DNA of 64,000 nucleotides from an uncultured Bacillales bacterium (GTDB lineage: Bacteria > Bacillota > Bacilli > Bacillales > CAVSKA01). Location of the stretch: NCBI GenBank assembly GCA_963728315.1, contig CAVSKA010000018.1, positions 311,421 through 375,420 on the forward strand. Reading direction: 5' to 3'. This document shows positions 57,047 through 64,000 of the stretch, piece by piece (position 1 is the stretch's first letter; each line of letters begins with the position of its first letter). The notes under the pieces were generated by a model, which worked only from the letters and a program-made list of their open reading frames with translations, had not been told where the DNA came from and did no database searches. A program made the position numbers and the translations under genes.

Positions 57047-57268
57047 CCCGAATTTTCTACGCATCCTTGAAATGATTTGAAAAGAATAATCTAGGGTAAA
57101 AAATAAATTAGATAACCAGGACTGTCCCATATGAAAGTGTTAGAAGTCCCCTTCAAAACTATAGTATTTAGTCAAGTTACGACGTGCTATTGAAAAGAAG
57201 TGGGGAAACCTAGCGCTATTGGGCAGTCCTTCATTTGTTTAGAAGAGTATAGGACGGTGGGGTATTGC

Positions 57269-58036
57269 ATGCTTCAGAAATGTGAAGGAATTGTCATTCG
57301 TACAACACGTTATGGAGAATCAAATTTAATCCTAACGATCTATTCAAGAGAATTCGGGAAAATTGCGATGATGGCACGAGGAGCAAAAAAAACGAATAGT
57401 CGTCATACTGCTATATCTCAGCTTTTTACCTATGGATCTTATCTGTATCAATCCGGAAATGGTTTAGGAACACTTCAGCAGGGAGAAGTCATTTCCTCCA
57501 TGCGCTTCATTCGAGAAGATTTAGTGAAAACATCTTATGCCTCTTACATTGTTGATTTGCTCGATCAATCCACAGATGAAAAAGAGCCAAATCCCTTTTT
57601 GTTTGAGCTACTCTATCAATCTCTTCAGCTTTTTGATGAAGGAGCTGACTTAGATATTGTAAAAAATATCTTTGAAATGAAGATGTTACCTGTTTTAGGT
57701 TTACGCCCCGTATTGGATCGATGCGTAAACTGTGGTAAAACGGAGGGGTCATTTTCTTTTTCATTTAGAGAAAACGGTTTTTTGTGTCATCGTTGCTTGT
57801 CTGTGGATCGATATTGCGTTTTCACCTCTCAGGCTACTGTGAGGCTTTTGCGCTTATTCTATTATTTTGATTTAAACCGTCTTGGTACGATTTCAGTGAA
57901 AGACGAAACGAAAAAAGAACTTCAAAAAATCATTTATCAATATTATGACGATTTTTCAGGTGTGTATTTAAAATCTCGAAAATTCTTAGATCAGCTAGAC
58001 AAAATGGAGTCTTGGCTCCCCAAAAAAGAGGATTAA
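57269..58036 (+). CDS. recO: DNA repair protein RecO
   Basis: ORF 57200..58036 with ATG at 57269. Begins MLQKCEGIVIRTTRYGESN and has a CxxC...CxxC zinc motif (CVNCGK...CHRC). Confidence 0.93.
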   Translation: MLQKCEGIVIRTTRYGESNLILTIYSREFGKIAMMARGAKKTNSRHTAISQLFTYGSYLYQSGNGLGTLQQGEVISSMRFIREDLVKTSYASYIVDLLDQSTDEKEPNPFLFELLYQSLQLFDEGADLDIVKNIFEMKMLPVLGLRPVLDRCVNCGKTEGSFSFSFRENGFLCHRCLSVDRYCVFTSQATVRLLRLFYYFDLNRLGTISVKDETKKELQKIIYQYYDDFSGVYLKSRKFLDQLDKMESWLPKKED

Positions 58037-58074
58037 GAATATCAAATTATATGAATTGAGTAGGATTTAAAAAT

Positions 58075-58116
58075 GAAAGAAGCGAACAACCTAAAAATAG
58101 GTCGGTCGCTTCTTTC
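58075..58116. terminator. hairpin between convergent recO and glyQS
   Basis: gaaagaagcgaacaacc...ggtcggtcgcttctttc. Confidence 0.6.
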
Positions 58117-58203
58117 ACTGTATATAAAGGATAAAAAATATTTCATGTTTACTAAAGAAGTATTTTGTTCATAACATGGAAAAAGCAATCTTTTTTTCCT
58201 GAA

Positions 58204-59577
58204 TCAAAAACTCGTTTTTTCTTTTAGAAATGCAGCGACTTCTTCAATTGGCATGCGGACTTGGTCCATCGTGTCACGATCACGAACGGTAACTTGCTTG
58301 TCTTCCACTGAATCGAAATCAAATGTAATACAATACGGTGTTCCGATTTCATCTTGACGACGATAACGTTTCCCAATAGAAGCGGTTTCATCGAAGTCAA
58401 CCATGTATTCCTTAGCTAAATCCTCGTATACCTTAAAGGCTTCTTCAGACAACTTTTTTGATAACGGTAAGATGGCAGCTTTGTATGGCGCAATCGCTGG
58501 ATGGAAGTGAAGGACACTTCTTGTTTCATTTTCTAGTTCCTCTTCTTCATATGCATCACATAAAAATGCTAAAGTAACACGATCTGCTCCAAGAGATGGT
58601 TCAATTGTATAGGGAACATACCGTTCGTTCGTTTGAGGATCGAGATATTCAAAATCTTCTTTTGAATGCTCCATGTGTTTCTTTAAGTCAAAATCAGTAC
58701 GAGATGCGATACCCCAAAGTTCCCCCCAGCCGAATGGGAATTTATATTCAAAGTCACTTGTGGCATTACTATAATGAGAAAGTTCATCGTCATCATGATC
58801 ACGTAAACGGATGTTTGAATCTTTCATACCCAAATTTAATAACCAATCATTACAATATTTCTTCCAAAATGCATGCCATTTCAAATCTTCACCTGGTTTA
58901 CAAAAGAATTCAAGTTCCATTTGTTCAAATTCTCTTGTACGGAAAGTAAAGTTACCTGGCGTAATTTCGTTACGAAAACTTTTTCCGATTTGAGCAATCC
59001 CAAAAGGCATTTTCTTTCTCATCGTTCTTTGTACATTTTTGTAATTAACAAAGATTCCTTGCGCTGTTTCTGGACGTAGGTAAACTTCGTTTGTGGAAGA
59101 TTCCGTTACCCCTTGATGAGTCTTAAACATTAAGTTGAATTGGCGTATTTCTGTGTAGTCTAAACTTCCACACTGAGGACAAACAATTTTTTTCTCTTGA
59201 ATCAATTCAGCCATGCGTTCAAAGGGAAGCCCATCAACAATGATTTCTTCTCCTCTTTCAAACATTGCTTCTTCAATCAGTTTGTCTGCACGATGTCGGG
59301 TTTTACATTTTTTGCAATCAATCATTGGATCATTAAAATTTCCTACATGACCAGAGGCAACCCATACTTGAGGATTCATTAAAATGGCCGCATCCAAACC
59401 TACATTATAAGGTGATTCTTGGACAAATTTTTTCCACCATGCTTTTTTAATATTGTTTTTTAATTCTACACCTAGTGGACCATAATCCCAAGTGTTTGCT
59501 AACCCTCCATAGATCTCAGAACCTGGAAACACAAATCCTCGATGTTTAGCTAATTGAACAATTTGTTCCATTGACAT
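58204..59577 (-). CDS. glyQS: glycine--tRNA ligase, single-chain (alpha2 dimer type) GlyQS
   Basis: 457 aa. Begins [36 protein letters not shown] and carries the class II motifs [21 protein letters not shown]. Confidence 0.95.
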   Translation of the reverse strand: MSMEQIVQLAKHRGFVFPGSEIYGGLANTWDYGPLGVELKNNIKKAWWKKFVQESPYNVGLDAAILMNPQVWVASGHVGNFNDPMIDCKKCKTRHRADKLIEEAMFERGEEIIVDGLPFERMAELIQEKKIVCPQCGSLDYTEIRQFNLMFKTHQGVTESSTNEVYLRPETAQGIFVNYKNVQRTMRKKMPFGIAQIGKSFRNEITPGNFTFRTREFEQMELEFFCKPGEDLKWHAFWKKYCNDWLLNLGMKDSNIRLRDHDDDELSHYSNATSDFEYKFPFGWGELWGIASRTDFDLKKHMEHSKEDFEYLDPQTNERYVPYTIEPSLGADRVTLAFLCDAYEEEELENETRSVLHFHPAIAPYKAAILPLSKKLSEEAFKVYEDLAKEYMVDFDETASIGKRYRRQDEIGTPYCITFDFDSVEDKQVTVRDRDTMDQVRMPIEEVAAFLKEKTSF

Positions 59578-59579
59578 TT

Positions 59580-59835
59580 TTGTACACTCCTTTTCTTATG
59601 CTTTTTTGGCACTAAAAATGGGAACAAAAAAACCCGTCTCTAGGCCTAATAAAGGCCCAGGGACGAGTATAACCCGCGGTTCCACCCTGGTTGATACTAA
59701 ATAATAGTATCCACTTTGTTTGTTTTCAGTTGCTCAGAATGGCCATTTTCCTTGTTGATCAGGCTCTCACTGTCCCTGAATCGCTTTTGTTACAAGTACT
59801 TATACATTCGTCATTGCATGATATTAAAAATAATA
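59580..59835 (-). promoter_or_regulatory. T-box leader (tRNA-Gly sensing) of glyQS
   Basis: On the minus strand, the T-box core aaccagggtggaaccgcgg is the reverse complement of about 59675-59693. The terminator cgtccctgggcc...ggcctagagacg plus T-run covers 59621-59662. Candidate GGC specifier at 59744-59742 in the context aaaauGGCcauucugagca. Confidence 0.85.
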
Positions 59836-59840
59836 TTGAT

Positions 59841-59869
59841 ATTTTACCACCGATAAATAAATTTAACAA
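59841..59869 (-). promoter_or_regulatory. sigma-A type promoter of the glyQS leader
   Basis: Minus strand: TTGTTA (59869-59864), 17-nt spacer, TAAAAT (59846-59841). Confidence 0.5.
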
Positions 59870-59984
59870 CCCGCTTTGGCAATCATGAAACGAAATAATT
59901 TACTTGTAAAGAAATCACTTAAATGAATGAATTTCATAATTAGAAGTTAGCCCTTAAGAGACGAACATTTTATTTGATTAAAGT

Positions 59985-60155
59985 GTCTGACACGACTCCC
60001 GAGGGAAAAGCAGGAGCTGAAAGCCCCGCAGAGAAAGGATCATAGTCTAAGAGCGCAACATCCTGTTGCACCGACTGCGCTAAAACTTCCTGTTTGTCGG
60101 AGTAGATTCAAGCCATTGTCCGCGGAAAGCAGCGCATGAAACGAAATTCAACCGC
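59985..60155 (-). repeat. GC-rich intergenic repeat, full-length copy B (inverted relative to copy A)
   Basis: The reverse complement aligns with 27455-27625. The 27-mer at 60044-60070 is identical. Carries ccgcggaaagc at 60120-60130. Confidence 0.85.
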
Positions 60156-60334
60156 TTCGTAATCGCACGGATATCCACAAGATTATTTTCTAAGAATCAT
60201 CAATAAGATGAGATAAGCTTGTGACGAAAGGTAACATCAGAAAGAGTCTGCCTGGTACGGAAATCCTTGCCTATACTCACAGGATTGTTCAAATAGGATT
60301 TTTTCAGTGCCCTCCATAAAGTAACGAAGAGAAG

Positions 60335-60378
60335 GAAACCGTGCCCGTGGAAAGCGTCCGTCGAGAACGAAAATCGAA
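60335..60378 (-). repeat. GC-rich intergenic repeat, terminal-module fragment
   Basis: ccgtgcccgtggaaagcgtccgtcgagaacgaaaatcgaat resembles ccattgtccgcggaaagcagcgcatgaaacgaaattcaac at 60113-60152. Confidence 0.6.
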
Positions 60379-60535
60379 TATGATGAAAAAATTTCTTATA
60401 ATTGTTCTTGTAAATAACCTGAGATAGTAATAATGAATAGATTGAAAAAAGAAATAATACAAATTCATTTGAAAAATCATGATATAGTATATAATATTAA
60501 GGAACAGTATAACACGAATGAAAAGCACGTATTAG

Positions 60536-61171
60536 GTGGTGATTCAAATAGAACTTAGTAAACGTCAAGAATTTATCGTGCAAATTGTGAAAGAAAATGG
60601 ACCCATTACAGGTGAACATATTGCCGAGAAGCTAAATCTTACTCGAGCTACCTTACGTCCAGACTTGGCCATTTTAACAATGTCTGGTTTTTTAGATGCT
60701 AGACCAAGGGTAGGGTATTTTTACTCGGGGAAAAATGGAACTCAACTTCTTTATGAAAGACTAAAAAAACTAGAGGTTAAGGACTATCAGTCTATACCAG
60801 TGGTTGTTTCAGAAAATATATCCGTTTATGATGCTATTTGTACCATGTTTCTTGAAGATGTTGGAACATTATTCGCGATTGATGATCAATCTTTGTTAGT
60901 CGGTGTCCTTTCTCGAAAAGACCTTCTACGCGCGAGTATTGGCACTCAAGAACTAACAAACCTCCCCGTCAATATTATTATGACAAGAATGCCGAATATT
61001 ACGGTATGCCAAAAAGAAGATCATTTAGTAGATGTAGCTCAAGTCTTGATAGAAAAACAGATTGATTCAATGCCAATCGTCAAGAAGACAGATAAAGGGC
61101 TGGAAGTAACAGGTAGAATTACAAAAACAAATATTACAAAAGCATTTGTTGCTCTAGGTATGAATGATTAA
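60536..61171 (+). CDS. ccpN: transcriptional repressor CcpN (HTH plus two CBS domains)
   Basis: 211 aa (GTG 60536 or 60539). [59 protein letters not shown] is near-identical to B. subtilis CcpN. Confidence 0.93.
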   Translation: MVIQIELSKRQEFIVQIVKENGPITGEHIAEKLNLTRATLRPDLAILTMSGFLDARPRVGYFYSGKNGTQLLYERLKKLEVKDYQSIPVVVSENISVYDAICTMFLEDVGTLFAIDDQSLLVGVLSRKDLLRASIGTQELTNLPVNIIMTRMPNITVCQKEDHLVDVAQVLIEKQIDSMPIVKKTDKGLEVTGRITKTNITKAFVALGMND

Positions 61172-61188
61172 TAGAAAGGAGGGAGCAC

Positions 61189-62001
61189 GTGAATAGTCCG
61201 ATTATTTACGTTGTTTCCGATTCTGTTGGTGAAACAGCAGAACTCGTAACAAAAGCAGCACTAGGTCAATTTCTACCTGATAGTTCATTAATGAAACGAT
61301 TTCCATACGTGGAAGATGAACAACATATCGATGAAGTGGTCGATCTAGCCGTTTTAAATCAAGGAATGATCGCGTACACTTTAGTAAAACCTGAAATGAG
61401 AAATTATATGAAAATGAGATCAGAGCAAAAAAATGTGTTTGCTTATGATATTATTGGTCCATTAATGGATGAATTCCAAGCTCGTTATCATCAAACGCCA
61501 TTATACGAACCAGGGACTGTCCGGAAACTGGATGAAGATTATTTTAAGAAAGTGGAAGCGATTGAGTTTGCAGTTAAATATGATGACGGCAGGGACCCTA
61601 GAGGAATTCTTAAAGCAGATATCGTATTGATCGGGGTATCAAGGACGTCAAAAACGCCTCTTTCTCAATATTTAGCACACAAAAGAGTAAGAGTAGCCAA
61701 TGTTCCCATTGTACCTGAAGTGGACCCCCCTGAACAGTTATTCCAAGTGGACCCTAATAAATGTATCGGGTTAAAAATTAGTCCGGAAAAACTGAATCAA
61801 ATAAGAAAGGAAAGACTTATTGCTTTAGGTTTAGACGACAAAGCGAGTTACGCTCAAATTAAACGAATTGAAAAAGAAAATGAATATTTTGATCAAGTAG
61901 CTGAAAAACTCGGCTGTTTCATCATAGATGTAACGAATAAAGCTGTAGAAGAAACGGCAAACGTGATTATGAATCATATACAGCGCACAAAGAGCACATA
62001 A
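61189..62001 (+). CDS. yqfL: pyruvate, phosphate dikinase regulatory protein family (YqfL)
   Basis: 270 aa, GTG after AAGGAGGGAG. Contains [13 protein letters not shown] and [14 protein letters not shown]. Confidence 0.9.
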   Translation: MNSPIIYVVSDSVGETAELVTKAALGQFLPDSSLMKRFPYVEDEQHIDEVVDLAVLNQGMIAYTLVKPEMRNYMKMRSEQKNVFAYDIIGPLMDEFQARYHQTPLYEPGTVRKLDEDYFKKVEAIEFAVKYDDGRDPRGILKADIVLIGVSRTSKTPLSQYLAHKRVRVANVPIVPEVDPPEQLFQVDPNKCIGLKISPEKLNQIRKERLIALGLDDKASYAQIKRIEKENEYFDQVAEKLGCFIIDVTNKAVEETANVIMNHIQRTKST

Positions 62002-62284
62002 TGTTATAGTATGTGCTCTTTGCAATTTGGTGAAATTTATAAAAACCTTATAAAAACAAACAATCAAAAATCTGACATTCAAATTGACCGTTTAAGTAGT
62101 TCATGAAATATATTTATTTTTATTAAATGAATCAATGGTCAAAGTAGGAAACTTGTACTATAATTAAGAATTGTGAATCCGACTCTATTTCAGCATCTAA
62201 TGATTCCATTTGCAGAAATTTTCCGACAATTATTTCGAGAAAATAACGAGAATGGTGTAATTGGGAGAAGGATTATCGGGAGGA

Positions 62285-62762
62285 ATGTAGAATAATTACT
62301 AAGGACAATTTCACTTCCATAAGATTATTTGTAGATGCGGATGCGTGTCCAGTAAAGCAAACTATTTCCAAAATGGCCATTCGTTATAATCTTCCTTGCA
62401 TATTTGTTGCTTCACACGTTCATCGTAAAACCACCCCTGAAAAAGGGGAATGGATTTATGTCGAAAATGAAAAAGAAGCCGCCGATTTGTATATTTTAAA
62501 CCATATTAAAAAGGGAGATATCCTTGTCACACAAGACATTGGACTAGCATCTATTGCTTTAGCTAAAGAAGTTTATGTGATCTCACCAAGGGGAATAAAG
62601 TATACAGAGGAAACCATTATGATTTCACTCGACTTTCGTTATCTCGCTGGAAAAGAACGAAGAAAAGGCCGTTATTTAAAAGGTCCAAAAGCATTTACTT
62701 CAGAAGATCTAACTCGTTTTGAAGTTGAAATGGAACAACTCATTCTTCAATATGGAGTTTAG
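62285..62762 (+). pseudogene. yqxD: YaiI/YqxD family (DUF188) protein, start region disrupted as sequenced
   Basis: ORF track shows only 62373..62762. The frame is open from 62247 and encodes the conserved N-terminus IRLFVDADACPVK before the first in-frame ATG. ATG 62285 is followed at once by TAG. Removing T 62288 gives MRIITKDNFTSIRLFVDADACPV... Confidence 0.75.
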
Positions 62763-62812
62763 ATACAATTTCTATTTCCTAAAACAGCTAATTGATTGAT
62801 GGTGATGCAAAA

Positions 62813-64000
62813 GTGACAAGCAGAATACCGGAAGAAAGAGTTGAAGAAATTCGTAAAGCTGTTGATATCGTTGACGTTATTAGTGATTATGTTCAATTAA
62901 AAAAGCAAGGACGAAATTATTTTGGACTCTGTCCATTTCATGGTGAAAATACTCCTTCTTTTTCTGTATCAATGGACAAGCAAATTTTTCATTGCTTTGG
63001 TTGTGGTGCTGGAGGAAATGTATATACATTTTTAATGGATTTAGATGGCTTAACATTCCCAGAGGCTCTTTTAAAAACGGCTCAACGTGTTGGTATTCAA
63101 ATCGATCTTGGTCAAGAGGATGAACGACGATCGAAACCAACAAGCGAACATGAACAAGCAATTGAAGCACATGAATTAGTAAAAAAACTTTATCATCATT
63201 TTTTATTAAACACTAAAGAAGGACAAGATGCGCTACAATATCTTGAAAACAGAGGGATTAATCGAAGTGTGATTGAAAAATTCCAAATCGGTTGGTCGTT
63301 GCCAAGTTGGGATTTCACTGTAAAATGGCTAAGAAAAAGAGGATTGTCCATTGAATTAATGGAAAAAGCCGGGCTGGTCATTCGAAGAGAAGGATCCGAT
63401 GAATACGTTGATCGATTCAGAAATCGAATCATGTTCCCTATAGAAGATTCAAAAGGTAAGACAGTTGCATTTTCTGGGAGAGCACTTAATGATGAAAATC
63501 CTAAATATTTAAACAGTCCAGAAACGTTTATTTTCCATAAAAGTGATATTCTGTATCATCTCGCTAAAGCAAGGCAAGCCATTCGAAAAAAACAACAAGT
63601 TGTTTTATTTGAAGGGTTCGCAGACGTGATTGCTGCTGAAACTGCTGGCGTAGGTAATGGTGTTGCCACTATGGGAACCGCTTTGACTCCCTCACATATA
63701 CAAACGATAAAGAGATTAGCCGATCGAGTATTGATTTGTTATGACGGGGATAAAGCCGGGAAAGCTGCTGCATTTAAGGCAGGAGAAATGTTTCAAAAAG
63801 CTGGACTGGATATAAATATTTCTCTTATACCTGATCAATTAGACCCGGATGACTATATCCGTGAATATGGATCAGAAAAATTTCAACGTGAAGTTATCGA
63901 AGCTAGTGTTACATTTATGTCTTATAAGATTCAATATTTTCGACAAGGAAAAAATATGAATCATGAAGGAGATAAGCTTAGATATATCGAAGAAGTAGTA
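62813..64000 (+). CDS. dnaG: DNA primase DnaG, 3' end beyond the window
   Basis: Not in the ORF track because it has no stop in the window. From GTG 62813 it reads VTSRIPEERVEEIRKAVDIVDVISDYVQLKKQGRNYFGLCPFHGENTPSFSVSMDKQIFHCFGCGAGGNVYTFLM (zinc-binding domain). It then shows TOPRIM-like motifs (VVLFEGFADV...CYDGDKAG) and stays open to nt 64000. Confidence 0.93.
   Translation, partial: MTSRIPEERVEEIRKAVDIVDVISDYVQLKKQGRNYFGLCPFHGENTPSFSVSMDKQIFHCFGCGAGGNVYTFLMDLDGLTFPEALLKTAQRVGIQIDLGQEDERRSKPTSEHEQAIEAHELVKKLYHHFLLNTKEGQDALQYLENRGINRSVIEKFQIGWSLPSWDFTVKWLRKRGLSIELMEKAGLVIRREGSDEYVDRFRNRIMFPIEDSKGKTVAFSGRALNDENPKYLNSPETFIFHKSDILYHLAKARQAIRKKQQVVLFEGFADVIAAETAGVGNGVATMGTALTPSHIQTIKRLADRVLICYDGDKAGKAAAFKAGEMFQKAGLDINISLIPDQLDPDDYIREYGSEKFQREVIEASVTFMSYKIQYFRQGKNMNHEGDKLRYIEEVV

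Noticed and set aside
59691-59888. 65-aa plus-strand ORF upstream of glyQS
   Set aside because: It is antisense to the glyQS T-box leader, and the region is explained by that RNA.
60304-60528. 74-aa minus-strand ORF before ccpN
   Set aside because: It is an AT-rich, low-complexity (Ile/Phe/Tyr) translation of the ccpN promoter region with no RBS.

Overview
By eye this is an AT-rich chromosomal core segment from an endospore-forming Bacillaceae-type Firmicute. It is colinear with two B. subtilis blocks. The first is yrrI-alaS-yrzL-ruvX-yrzB-mltG-yrrMNO-udk-greA-yrrS-yrrT-mtnN-mccAB. After an uninterrupted sigK comes the second: sda, yqeG-yqeH-aroE-yhbY-nadD-yqeK-rsfS-yqeM, comER/comEA-EB-EC, yqzM, holA, rpsT, gpr, spoIIP, lepA, hemW, hrcA-grpE-dnaK-dnaJ-prmA-rsmE-mtaB, deoC, rpsU-yqeY, nfeD-floA-yqfB, yqfCD, phoH-pgpH-ybeY-dgkA-cdd-era, yqzL, recO, glyQS (inverted), ccpN, yqfL, yqxD and dnaG, which runs off the 3' edge. 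Regulatory elements I can read directly are two T-box leaders (alaS and glyQS), the CIRCE operator of hrcA, a four-box DnaA cluster upstream of sda, and many intrinsic terminators. I saw no rRNA, tRNA, CRISPR array, transposase, integrase or phage gene. I found no convincing multi-gene novel system. Three things deserve a second look. (1) A family of GC-rich structured intergenic repeats has at least seven full or partial copies, one pair being about 170 nt long and inverted. (2) A 1.9-kb non-syntenic spacer between yqzM and holA carries one repeat copy, 16-nt direct repeats and a single orphan 179-aa ORF. (3) Six conserved genes, including essential alaS, are each broken as sequenced and each is repaired by removing one base. 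That most likely means systematic insertion errors in the assembly, but it should be checked. Smaller oddities are an NfeD without its protease domain, an inverted single-chain glyQS, a terminator whose 3' arm is the yqfC Shine-Dalgarno, and several unusually long hairpins.
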